DNA from: Thermodesulfobacteriota bacterium
Lineage (GTDB): Bacteria > Desulfobacterota > GWC2-55-46 > JADFVP01
Length of the DNA: 64,000 nt
Assembly: GCA_046754225.1 (NCBI GenBank)
Contig: JBHHVI010000002.1
Location: forward strand, 7,810 to 71,809
Direction of reading: 5' to 3'
Positions 6,649 to 15,081 of this stretch are shown here, piece by piece. Under the pieces are notes generated by a model. It worked only from the letters and a program-made list of their open reading frames with translations, did not search any database and was not told the DNA's origin. Positions within the stretch are counted from its first letter, which is position 1; every line of letters starts with the position of its first letter. The translations under genes were made by a program, and so were the position numbers.

Positions 6649-8954
6649 GTCACCTCCCCTGCTTCAACAAGCACCTCGCTGCTCTCAGGCACATTTAGGT
6701 CGAAGCGGCACTCCGCTCCGTTGTAGAAGACCGTACCGCCATATTCGCCAGCCGGCACGTTCTCTATATAAAATTCCCCGTCCGAGCCTACGAGTCCTTC
6801 CAGGGTCCTGTCCTTAAGTATAACCTTCATGACGGAAAATTCAACAGGAACTTTAACCCCGCCATCAGTTGTGTAGATTTTTCCTGAGAGGGCCTGGACC
6901 TTTGCCACATCAAATACCACGACGGAACCGCTCCGAAGCGGTGGGTTTATGTTCCTCGTCACCGTGGAGATTGAGTATTCTATGGGGATATCCTGTTTTT
7001 CGATATCAATTTTATTATCCCTGTACGAGTTTATTACGGGTATAATGGCAGAGCCCGAGCGGTCAGTCCTGGCCACCTCGTTATTAAAATAACGTACCCT
7101 TACGCCCTCGAGGCCGGCCACCTTCACCTTGGCGAAGCTGTCGGTAATGGGCCTGCTGGGAAAGGCCGTCCTGTCTATATAGCCAATGCCTCCCGAGGCC
7201 GCTAATTGCGCGCTCTGGTCCCCGTCAATATTCCTGTATGTGGCACTGTATATTCCGTAATCGTTCTGGTAGTCGCCCTCAACAACAACATCCGTATTGT
7301 CCGAGGTGTTATCGGCCTGAGCCCTGTATCCGTAACCGGTGCCGGTGGGGAGATTCCTCTGTACGGACGCGCTCCTTGTGACGGCGCCGCCGTTATTGGC
7401 GTAACTTACGGCCGCCGAGGTGTTTGAGCCGAGGTAGACGTGAAAACCGACAAAAATGTCGTTGGTGTCCTCCGAACCCTCTTCCTCGGTCCTTGACGCC
7501 GTAACGAATATATTTGACCAGCTCGATATATTCCTGTCGTAGAGGAGGCCGTAGCGGGTGATGTCGGCGCTCAAGTACGGTCTTGAGAAGGAGTATTCGG
7601 CGGTTATTGTGCCGAGCCGCTTGAGGGCCACCCCCGCCGACGCCCCGAGTTGGAGCGACGACTTGTCGTCAAAGGGGGATACCGCAAGGTTGGTGAAATA
7701 TCTCGTAAGCGCCCGCGCCGTTAGTGTAGCGCTAAAGGTCTTGTTCCTGAAGAGGTAATTAAAGGAAGCCCCGTACCCGAACTTGCCCTCCGAACCGGTA
7801 ACCGCGAAAGAGGCGTCAATGACGCCGTAATTTGAGATGAGAAATGCCGCCGTGGGCCCGGCGTTTATAAGCCCCCCCGAAGCCTCGACGGCGAACCCCG
7901 CCTTGAGCCCTTTGGTGAAGCCGTAATTGTGAAGGGCCTGCAGGGCGAACTTACCGTAATTAAAACTCTTTTCGCCTAATTCCTCCCTTACGAAGCCGAG
8001 GCTGTAACTGTACTCGTGAAGCCCCTTTTTAAGAAGCCTGTCGGTAAAGAAAAACGGTTTTTTTACTACCGTCTCGTGGCCGTAAATGTCCTTTATTACC
8101 AACCTGGAGTTGCCGTAACCGACGATGGACGGGATGTTTTTGAGCGCGAACTCGCCGGGCTGGAGCCTTTCCGTCCGTATAAGCTGGTCGTCTACATAGA
8201 CGTTGACCTCTGAGGGCGTCATTAGCGAGCCCCCAAGGTCCACGGCGGGGAACTGAAGAAAATATGGGTCAATGGAGAAATTTTTCGAAAACAGTAAACC
8301 GCCCTGCAGCGTGGCCGTGCCAAGGGGGCCGGACACACCTGTCACGTCGCCGGCGCTCGCCGTCCAGAGCCCATCTCTATCGTCTCTCGTAACAGTGGTT
8401 AAGAGCCTTGCAAAATTGCTCCCCTCGGTCTCCCTTGAATAGTCAAAGGTGGATGTCCCGAGGTAGTCGCCGAGCCTCAAGCCCAACTCGGTGGACAGGA
8501 GCAGGGAGTCGTCGCTGGAATCGTAAAAAAGGCCGTAATTCAAGAAGGCGGAGTTCGCCCGCGTGTAGGTTACCTCGTAATTCCTTTTATAGGAAAGGTC
8601 CAGTGTCTCCTCATTGAAGAGTCCAGGTTCGGCCGTCATATCGAGGGATACATCTCTCTCGTTGACGGTGAATTGAAGCCCCTTTATGGACTTTAATGAG
8701 ACGTATTTTTCGCCCTCGTACTCCACGGCGGCGCCGAGCCCGGCCTTGAGCCTTGTCCTTTCAATCTCATCGGCTGTTATCCACACATCGCCGTCTGCCG
8801 TGCGCACCACAAGGGACTCGCCCATATCAACTGAATTCAATATTACCTTTAACGGGAGCACCTCCTCTGAATAGGAATACCCCGCTGTGAGGACGGCAAT
8901 GACGAATAAAATGGCTGGAAAAAACTTAAGGAGAACAGAGCGCTGGAGTGACAT
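6633..8954 (-). CDS. Fimbrial outer-membrane usher (archaic/Csu-type)
   Basis: 773-aa ORF with a signal peptide, an N-terminal plug/periplasmic domain pattern and a long beta-barrel-type alternating sequence. It lies between the chaperone and SCPU genes. Confidence 0.85.
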   Translation of the reverse strand: MSLQRSVLLKFFPAILFVIAVLTAGYSYSEEVLPLKVILNSVDMGESLVVRTADGDVWITADEIERTRLKAGLGAAVEYEGEKYVSLKSIKGLQFTVNERDVSLDMTAEPGLFNEETLDLSYKRNYEVTYTRANSAFLNYGLFYDSSDDSLLLSTELGLRLGDYLGTSTFDYSRETEGSNFARLLTTVTRDDRDGLWTASAGDVTGVSGPLGTATLQGGLLFSKNFSIDPYFLQFPAVDLGGSLMTPSEVNVYVDDQLIRTERLQPGEFALKNIPSIVGYGNSRLVIKDIYGHETVVKKPFFFTDRLLKKGLHEYSYSLGFVREELGEKSFNYGKFALQALHNYGFTKGLKAGFAVEASGGLINAGPTAAFLISNYGVIDASFAVTGSEGKFGYGASFNYLFRNKTFSATLTARALTRYFTNLAVSPFDDKSSLQLGASAGVALKRLGTITAEYSFSRPYLSADITRYGLLYDRNISSWSNIFVTASRTEEEGSEDTNDIFVGFHVYLGSNTSAAVSYANNGGAVTRSASVQRNLPTGTGYGYRAQADNTSDNTDVVVEGDYQNDYGIYSATYRNIDGDQSAQLAASGGIGYIDRTAFPSRPITDSFAKVKVAGLEGVRVRYFNNEVARTDRSGSAIIPVINSYRDNKIDIEKQDIPIEYSISTVTRNINPPLRSGSVVVFDVAKVQALSGKIYTTDGGVKVPVEFSVMKVILKDRTLEGLVGSDGEFYIENVPAGEYGGTVFYNGAECRFDLNVPESSEVLVEAGEVTCAVE

Positions 8955-9681
8955 CTACCCTCTCGTTCATTGAAAGTCTGTCTGTAGAGACTTCAATATC
9001 GAGTTGGTTCAACTTAACGCATTCTTTTTCAGGTATATCCACCATGAATTTTTTATGGCGGCCGCCGTGCAAATAGCGGCCCGCAAGCTCCCTGGCAAAA
9101 ACCACCTTCCCGGAACTATCCTTGCCCTCAACCTTCACTGCCCTCATAATGAAGTGCTGATTACCGGTGTTCGCCGCGACAAAAGTGAGCCTGCCCTTCT
9201 TAAAGACTGTTTTCTCTATCGAGCCGGAAATCTTCCCGCTCACAGGGTCCACGAATATGGGAATACCCACCCTCATGAGGGTACGGAGCGTCGTCCCCTC
9301 CTCCTTCTTTGACTTCGGATCAGGTATCTCGCTGACGTATATCCTGTAAGTCTTCTCCGCGTCGCCCGGGGCCGACTTCAGACCTATCCGGATGAGTTGT
9401 TCCTCTTCATTCTTTATCTTGAATATCCTCGGAAAGGCTATAATCTCATCGGTGGGCTTGTAGTGGTCCTCGCCGTTTTCATCCTGGCTCCAGGATACAA
9501 CCTTGACCTGAAGGGTTATGGCGTCGGAGGAATTGTTCTTTATCGCCACGGCGGAGGTCCTGGCCGCGCCCTTGAAAAAGACCTTTATGGGGCTCACGGT
9601 AAAATCAGCGCCGTGAGACCGGGCCGCGAAAAGGATGAAAAAGACAGTTGTTATGGAAAAGATAGAGAGAATTTTTTTCAT
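8926..9681 (-). CDS. Periplasmic pilus chaperone (PapD-like)
   Basis: 251-aa ORF with a signal peptide, then FTVSPIKVFF...AVAIKNNS...ITLQV, typical of two-domain Ig-fold chaperones. It overlaps the usher start by 29 nt. Confidence 0.85.
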   Translation of the reverse strand: MKKILSIFSITTVFFILFAARSHGADFTVSPIKVFFKGAARTSAVAIKNNSSDAITLQVKVVSWSQDENGEDHYKPTDEIIAFPRIFKIKNEEEQLIRIGLKSAPGDAEKTYRIYVSEIPDPKSKKEEGTTLRTLMRVGIPIFVDPVSGKISGSIEKTVFKKGRLTFVAANTGNQHFIMRAVKVEGKDSSGKVVFARELAGRYLHGGRHKKFMVDIPEKECVKLNQLDIEVSTDRLSMNERVDVTPALCSP

Positions 9682-9721
9682 GGTAGAGATAGTAATGTTT
9701 TTAATTTAAGAATGCAACGAT

Positions 9722-9756
9722 AAAAAAAGGGAGGGGCATTAAAGCCCCTCCTTTTT
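9722..9756 (-). terminator. Rho-independent terminator after the major pilin gene (intra-operon attenuator)
   Basis: The minus-strand RNA reads GGAGGGGC-UUUAAU-GCCCCUCC followed by C and U7. It sits 29 nt downstream of the pilin stop and upstream of the chaperone gene. Confidence 0.8.
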
Positions 9757-9784
9757 CGCTCTGAGATGCGGGTAAGTACATCTC

Positions 9785-10264
9785 TTAGTACTGTACCGTT
9801 ACCGTGACCGTCCCGCTGTAAGCGCCGGCCCCGACATCCTGTCCCGCAGCTATCCTGCCGTACACGTTCCTGAGGTCGTCTGCGTTGCTCGTTGACGTTC
9901 CGGTGACTCCGGGGCTTGCGCTCGGCCAGAGAGTTGTTCTCGGAGCGTCTGTATAGAGTTCGTAGCTAAGGATGTCTACGCCGTCCGTCATGGTCCTCGT
10001 CCCTGTCACATAGAGGTCGTAGGCGGTGTTCTTTGTGCACTTGAAGGTAAAGTCGCCCGCCGCGTCAGTGGGGGTTACTACGTCGGTGGGGTCGTAGTTG
10101 CCAAAGCCTATATTCGTCACGCTCTTAACCCGGCAGTTGCTTATGACCGTAGCCGATACGTTCAGGGTGCCTGTGGCGGTCGCGGCGTAGGCGTATCCGG
10201 CCGTGACCCAGAGAAACCCGAAGATTGATACTATTGAGAGAATTTTTCTTGTCGTCTTACCCAT
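9785..10264 (-). CDS. Spore coat U (SCPU) domain protein, probable major pilin of the chaperone-usher system
   Basis: 159-aa ORF with a signal peptide ending AYA. It has TLNVSATVISNCRV...IGFGNYDP...FKCTKN (two Cys) and the C-terminal GAYSGTVTVTVQY. A strong AGGAGG Shine-Dalgarno sequence is present. Confidence 0.85.
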   Translation of the reverse strand: MGKTTRKILSIVSIFGFLWVTAGYAYAATATGTLNVSATVISNCRVKSVTNIGFGNYDPTDVVTPTDAAGDFTFKCTKNTAYDLYVTGTRTMTDGVDILSYELYTDAPRTTLWPSASPGVTGTSTSNADDLRNVYGRIAAGQDVGAGAYSGTVTVTVQY

Positions 10265-10341
10265 TTTCCTACCTCCTTGTTGTATTAAGTTTTTTTATAA
10301 ATCCGTTTTTAAATCCCTATTTTGCTTTCGCTTTGCTATAG

Positions 10342-10357
10342 TGCATTAAGCGTGCCA
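10342..10357 (-). promoter_or_regulatory. sigma-54 (-24/-12) promoter of the pilin operon
   Basis: The minus strand reads TGGCACgcttaATGCA, with GG-N10-GC spacing exact. It lies about 78 nt upstream of the pilin ATG at 10264. Confidence 0.7.
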
Positions 10358-10404
10358 AAAGTCACATTTAAACTAACTATCTGTTTTTTAAGACTTTTTA
10401 TTGC

Positions 10405-10449
10405 TGTGACAATTTCGCACATAAGTCGGATTCTTGACAAAAATTGTCA
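10405..10449. promoter_or_regulatory. Two inverted repeats upstream of the sigma-54 promoter (candidate enhancer/UAS)
   Basis: TGTGACaatttCGCACA (10405-10421, imperfect) and TGACAaaaatTGTCA (10435-10449, perfect 5+5) lie 50-95 bp upstream of the -24 element. This is the expected position for bEBP binding sites. Confidence 0.4.
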
Positions 10450-10555
10450 TTTGATGAAAAAATTGCATATTTCGTCACCTAAAAAGTCCTTTATTTGCGG
10501 CCAAGTGTCAATAGAAGGCGGCGCCAGAGGCGCAGTGAGCGATTTTAACGGCCAT

Positions 10556-10585
10556 TTGACGAAGGGAATCACAATCTGATATTAT
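10556..10585 (+). promoter_or_regulatory. sigma-70-like promoter abutting the moxR start
   Basis: TTGACG-18 nt-TATTAT ends 3 nt before the ATG at 10589 and 9 nt before the in-frame ATG at 10595. No Shine-Dalgarno sequence is present. Confidence 0.35.
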
Positions 10586-10588
10586 TTA

Positions 10589-11539
10589 ATGATTATGGAG
10601 TTTAATGAGGCCTATGAAAAGGTACAAGCGCTACGCGATAATCTCGAGAGGGTGATTCGCGGCAAGAGCGGGATTATAGACCTTGTAATTACGGCGCTCC
10701 TCGCGAAGGGGCACCTCCTTATAGAGGATGTGCCCGGTGTTGGAAAGACAACGCTTGCCCACGGGCTGGCCAGAAGCGTTAACTGCACCTTCCAGAGAAT
10801 TCAATTCACCAGCGATCTTCTCCCTTCCGATGTTATAGGCGTGACCGTCTATAACCAGCCCGAGCACAGGTTCGAGTTCAGAAGAGGTCCGCTCTTCGCA
10901 AATATAGTCCTCGCCGATGAAATAAACAGGGGTACGCCCAAGACGCAGAGCGCGCTTCTTGAGGCCATGAACGACCGCCAGGTATCTGTTGAGAGGATTA
11001 CCCATGCCCTGCCCGAGCCTTTTATGCTCCTGGCCACGCAGAACCCCATGGAGTTCGCGGGCACATTCGCGCTCCCCGAATCCCAGCTCGACAGGTTCAC
11101 CCTTTCCGTGAGAATAGGCTATCCAGACTCCGACCACGAAAAGGAGATAATCCGCTCCGCTTCAGCGCCTGCGGCCATAAATGACCTCCGCCCCGTGGTG
11201 GAGGTTGAGGATCTACTGAATATGCAGGAACTTTCGGGGCGGGTCCATGTTGAGGACGACCTCGTGGCCTACATCCTTTCCATAGCCGAGGCCACAAGAA
11301 ACCATAAGGAGATCAGGCTCGGCGTCAGCCCTCGGGCCACGATGACCCTTTTTAAGGCGTGCCAGGCCCGCTCAATTGTCTCTGGCAGGGATTACGCAAC
11401 GCCTGACGACATAAAGGGGCTCGCCGAGAGCGTCTTCGCCCACAGGATTATCCCGGCTGTTGCCGGGTTCAACGGTGATATCGCCGATTCATCCATCCTT
11501 ATCCGTGATATCCTCTCAGCCGTGGCAATTCCGATTTAG
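10589..11539 (+). CDS. MoxR-family AAA+ ATPase
   Basis: 316-aa ORF with Walker A VPGVGKT, Walker B LADEINR, and the typical MoxR length and C-terminal lid. Confidence 0.92.
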   Translation: MIMEFNEAYEKVQALRDNLERVIRGKSGIIDLVITALLAKGHLLIEDVPGVGKTTLAHGLARSVNCTFQRIQFTSDLLPSDVIGVTVYNQPEHRFEFRRGPLFANIVLADEINRGTPKTQSALLEAMNDRQVSVERITHALPEPFMLLATQNPMEFAGTFALPESQLDRFTLSVRIGYPDSDHEKEIIRSASAPAAINDLRPVVEVEDLLNMQELSGRVHVEDDLVAYILSIAEATRNHKEIRLGVSPRATMTLFKACQARSIVSGRDYATPDDIKGLAESVFAHRIIPAVAGFNGDIADSSILIRDILSAVAIPI

Positions 11540-11544
11540 GTGCT

Positions 11545-12609
11545 ATGAATTTAAGACCGGCCATATCCGCGCCCCTTCCCTGGCTTACCGTTATCGCCGG
11601 GAGGTTCTTAGCCGGACTCAAAAAGGACGCCGGCAAGGGCGTAAAAAGGAGGCTGCTCAAGTTCCCGAGGTCTCTAAGGGTCACAAGGGAAGGCAAGTGG
11701 TTTATAGCGGTTCTTTTCAGCATAGGGCTCGCCGCGATAAATACCGGCAGTAATCTCCTCTATCTGATGCTGACAACGCTTCTTTCCATGATAATCATCT
11801 CAGGGCTCATGTCTGAATCCACCCTGAAGGGCCTAAGGGCCGTAAGGTTGCCCCCGGGCAAGATTTTCAGGGGCACACCGGCTCTCTTCGCCTTTAAGAT
11901 CGAAAACACCAAGAGGTTTTTCTCCTCCATATCCTTTGACCTTTCCGAGTCCGCCTTGCCGGGCATTGACTGCCCACCGGTTTACGTCCTCAAGCTGAAG
12001 GCCGGCGCTTCCATCATCAGGGGCGCGAGGTATACCTTTAAAAAACGCGGCAGATACACCTTAACGGGGCTTAAGTTCACAACCCTTTACCCCTTCGGGC
12101 TTTTTCTCAAAGGCAAGGTTGAAGCCCTTTCTCATGAGGTTACGGTCTATCCCCGCATAAAACCGGTCCATACCGTCGCCTCAAAGACCATCTCCTCAAG
12201 GGAAGGGGCACGGGTTAAAAAGAAAGGGGCGGGCCCGGACCTACATAACCTGAGGGATTACACCCCCCACGACGACTCACGCTTCATCCACTGGAAGTCG
12301 GCGGCCGTTACGGGGGGGCTCATGGTAAAGGAGTTTGAAAGGGAGAGCGAGAAAAAGGTCCTCGTCCGCTTCCAAAACCTCTCAAGGCCGGGGTATGAGG
12401 CCCTTTTTGAGGATACCGTAGATGAGGTGGCGGGGGTTATTAGTTTTCTTATTGAAGAGGGCTACTCAGTCGTCTTTGAAACGCTTGAGGAGGAGCTACC
12501 CCCGGGCACAGGCAGAGAACACTTCTTCAGGATCCTCGGCCGGCTCGCCCTGATAAAGCCAAAACCCCTTTCTTCGGGCACTCCGGCCTACGACGTGGTT
12601 TATCTATGA
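11545..12609 (+). CDS. DUF58-domain protein (MoxR partner) with N-terminal TM segments
   Basis: 354-aa ORF with the DUF58 signature LRDYTPHDDSRFIHWKSAA. It lies immediately downstream of moxR. Confidence 0.85.
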   Translation: MNLRPAISAPLPWLTVIAGRFLAGLKKDAGKGVKRRLLKFPRSLRVTREGKWFIAVLFSIGLAAINTGSNLLYLMLTTLLSMIIISGLMSESTLKGLRAVRLPPGKIFRGTPALFAFKIENTKRFFSSISFDLSESALPGIDCPPVYVLKLKAGASIIRGARYTFKKRGRYTLTGLKFTTLYPFGLFLKGKVEALSHEVTVYPRIKPVHTVASKTISSREGARVKKKGAGPDLHNLRDYTPHDDSRFIHWKSAAVTGGLMVKEFERESEKKVLVRFQNLSRPGYEALFEDTVDEVAGVISFLIEEGYSVVFETLEEELPPGTGREHFFRILGRLALIKPKPLSSGTPAYDVVYL

Positions 12610-14639
12610 AATTTTCCGGCTATATGGCGACGGTGACGTATTTCATGGCCCTTCTGGGCCTCTATTCGCTGACCCTTGTAGAGCCCATAGAGCGTGGTTT
12701 CATATTTTTCACGGCGGCAGCTGTCTTTACGAGCCTCTTTCTTAATCTCAAAAAAACGCGGATTATGCCGTCGGGGTTCTATAACCTCCTCGCCCTTGCC
12801 GTATTTCTCCTCTTCACCGTCTATTACTCTTCTTCCATAAGGGACATGGGCGACATTATTGTAACGGCGTCGCGTTTCCTGGCGGTGCTTCTCGCCATAA
12901 AACTATTCGACCTTAACGCCAACAGGGATTATATCATAGTCTACGGCGCCGTCTTCTTCCTCATATTGGCGGCGGCGGCATCCACCGTGAGCCTCGTCTT
13001 CTTTCCCCTTCTCGTCCTTTTTATAATAGCCGCCATCTTCGCCATGATAACCGTTAATCTAAAAAAGGAATTTGAAAAAAGGGGGCTAAGCAAAGCAGGA
13101 CCTCCGGCCGGTCTCTTTGACATCCCTTTTTTTCTCTCCCTCACTACGGTGACGGTTGTCTCGATAGCCGTAACCTTCATTCTCTTTTTTCTTATACCCC
13201 GCATGGAGACAGGTTTTTTTGAGAGAAAGACCCTTAACGCTGTAAAGGTTACGGGGTTTTCCGATACCGTTGAGCTCGGCTCAATGGGGGCCGTAAAGAA
13301 GGACCATACAGTCGTCATGCGTGTGGAATTTCAAGGAGGAAAGAAGCCCGCACGGCCCGTATATCTGCGAGGCGCCGTACTTGAGGACTATGACGGATTT
13401 ACGTGGAGGAGGGGTGCGAGGCCGAAAAGACTTGTTAGAGGAAAGGACGGCTTTTTTAAATTCAAAAAAAACTCAGGACCCCTCGTTGAGCAAAGGATAC
13501 TCCTTGAACCCCTCTCTACAGAGGTGATCTTCGCCGCGAAGAGCCCCGTCATGCTATCGGCCGGGTTTCCAAATCTATGGAGGGACTCGGCGGGCGCCCT
13601 GACCCTCCCCTCTCCTCCTTACTCAAGGACGAGTTACACGGTCTGGTCATCTACGGAGGCCCCTCAAAGGGGCGCTTCCGCCCCCGATGATTCAACGGGG
13701 CTCCTTGACATCTCCGCTGTGGCGGAGGGGCGGGGGGGAGTGCGTTTACAGGAACTTGCGGCCATGATTACCACCGGCTTAAAGACGGCCCCTCAAAAGG
13801 CTTCCGCCATAAAGCGGTATCTGATGGATAATTACAGATACACACTTGACCCGTCGCGCGGCGCGGGCCTTAACCCCATCGATGATTTTCTTTTCTTTAC
13901 CAAAGAGGGGTACTGTGAGCAGTTCGCCACCGCCTTCGCTCTTCTTTTAAGGGCGAGCGGGATCCCGGCAAGGCTCGTCACCGGTTTTTTGCAGGGAGAA
14001 TGGAACGGCCTTGGCGGTTATTATATCATCCGCCAGAGCGACGCCCACTCGTGGACCGAAGTCTATCTTGACGGGTACGGTTGGAAGAGGTTCGACCCGA
14101 CTCCTCCCCAGGGGCTTACCCCCTATTCAGGGGCGTCGCGCCTTTCTCTTTTCCTTGACTATATGCGCGTTAAATGGAACAGGCACATCATAGGTTATTC
14201 CTTCAAAGACCAGCGGAGTCTCGCAGGGGGTTTTCAGGTACGCGCGAACAGGCTCCTGGGCGACTTGAAGGAGAGACTGAGAAGCGGCGGGGGTAGAGGG
14301 TCTTTGCTGATTGTATTGGTCCTTCTGATAATTATCGCGGCTGGGTTCTTCACTGTTGTGAGAGGCAAAGGGTCCTCCGGGGGCCGCTCTCCCAAGACCC
14401 CCGCTTTTTACCTTCAGATGCTGAAGGTGCTCGCCAGGAAAGGTTTCAGAAGGGGGGAGTCGGAATCGCCTATGGAATTTTCCTCAAGGATAGGCAACCC
14501 GGGTGTCAGCGAGGTTACAAGACTTTTTATACTGGAGCGCTACGGCGGACGTAGACCCGGCTTTCAGGACATTGAAAGGGTTAAGGAGATACTCGGGGAG
14601 CTGAAAAGGTCGTTAAGACGCGCCGAAGGGAGGAGGTAA
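12606..14639 (+). CDS. Transglutaminase-like membrane protein (TgpA-type)
   Basis: 677-aa ORF with about 6 N-terminal TM helices. The transglutaminase core has Cys (EGYCEQFA), His (DAHSWTEV) and Asp (RFDPT). There is a late TM segment and a C-terminal tail. It overlaps the DUF58 gene by ATGA. Confidence 0.88.
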   Translation: MKFSGYMATVTYFMALLGLYSLTLVEPIERGFIFFTAAAVFTSLFLNLKKTRIMPSGFYNLLALAVFLLFTVYYSSSIRDMGDIIVTASRFLAVLLAIKLFDLNANRDYIIVYGAVFFLILAAAASTVSLVFFPLLVLFIIAAIFAMITVNLKKEFEKRGLSKAGPPAGLFDIPFFLSLTTVTVVSIAVTFILFFLIPRMETGFFERKTLNAVKVTGFSDTVELGSMGAVKKDHTVVMRVEFQGGKKPARPVYLRGAVLEDYDGFTWRRGARPKRLVRGKDGFFKFKKNSGPLVEQRILLEPLSTEVIFAAKSPVMLSAGFPNLWRDSAGALTLPSPPYSRTSYTVWSSTEAPQRGASAPDDSTGLLDISAVAEGRGGVRLQELAAMITTGLKTAPQKASAIKRYLMDNYRYTLDPSRGAGLNPIDDFLFFTKEGYCEQFATAFALLLRASGIPARLVTGFLQGEWNGLGGYYIIRQSDAHSWTEVYLDGYGWKRFDPTPPQGLTPYSGASRLSLFLDYMRVKWNRHIIGYSFKDQRSLAGGFQVRANRLLGDLKERLRSGGGRGSLLIVLVLLIIIAAGFFTVVRGKGSSGGRSPKTPAFYLQMLKVLARKGFRRGESESPMEFSSRIGNPGVSEVTRLFILERYGGRRPGFQDIERVKEILGELKRSLRRAEGRR

Positions 14640-14660
14640 AGACCCCTCATAAAAGACGGT

Positions 14661-15041
14661 TCAAGGCTGTTTCTGGAATTTATCCAGCGCTTCAAGGAGG
14701 TTTTTTACGTCTATCGGCTTCGCGACATAGCCGTCAAACCCCTTGCCGAGTATCTCTTCTTCATCGCTCTTGGAGGCCGACGCGGTAAGGGCCAATACAG
14801 GGATGGCCCTGTACTTATTTTCCGACTTAATAAGCCTTGTAGCGGTGACTCCGTCCATTCCTGGAAGATGGATATCCATAAGGACTATGTCGGGTTTTTC
14901 CGTGGCAACGAGCCGTATAGCCTCCGCCCCGTTTTCAGCCGCGACCATTTCGTAACCATTAAGCTCGAGTATCTCCTTAACGAGCACCTTGTTCATGTAA
15001 TTGTCCTCAACAAGAAGAACTTTCGGTTTAGATTCTGACAC
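14661..15041 (-). CDS. Single-domain response regulator (CheY-like receiver)
   Basis: 126-aa ORF with canonical receiver residues: LLVEDN, VLMDIHLPGMDG, LALTA and YVAKP. Confidence 0.92.
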   Translation of the reverse strand: MSESKPKVLLVEDNYMNKVLVKEILELNGYEMVAAENGAEAIRLVATEKPDIVLMDIHLPGMDGVTATRLIKSENKYRAIPVLALTASASKSDEEEILGKGFDGYVAKPIDVKNLLEALDKFQKQP

Positions 15042-15081
15042 GCTTTGCCTCCGCCGGCCTGTTAACCCCCCGGCTCAATAA

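Noticed and set aside
3797-10264. The idea that the pilus locus is a genomic island integrated at tRNA-Gly.
   Set aside because: No integrase, transposase or phage genes are present. I found no direct repeat of the tRNA 3' end. The tRNA 3' end faces fur-feoB, not the pilus genes. Base composition and codon style look like the rest of the window.
10322-10579. ORFs inside AT-rich intergenic regions: 10322-10579 (85 aa) and 52583-52771 (62 aa).
   Set aside because: They use non-ATG starts, have no Shine-Dalgarno sequence and are low-complexity. They overlap the predicted sigma-54 promoter/UAS and moxR promoter region, or the spoVG/glgB control region.
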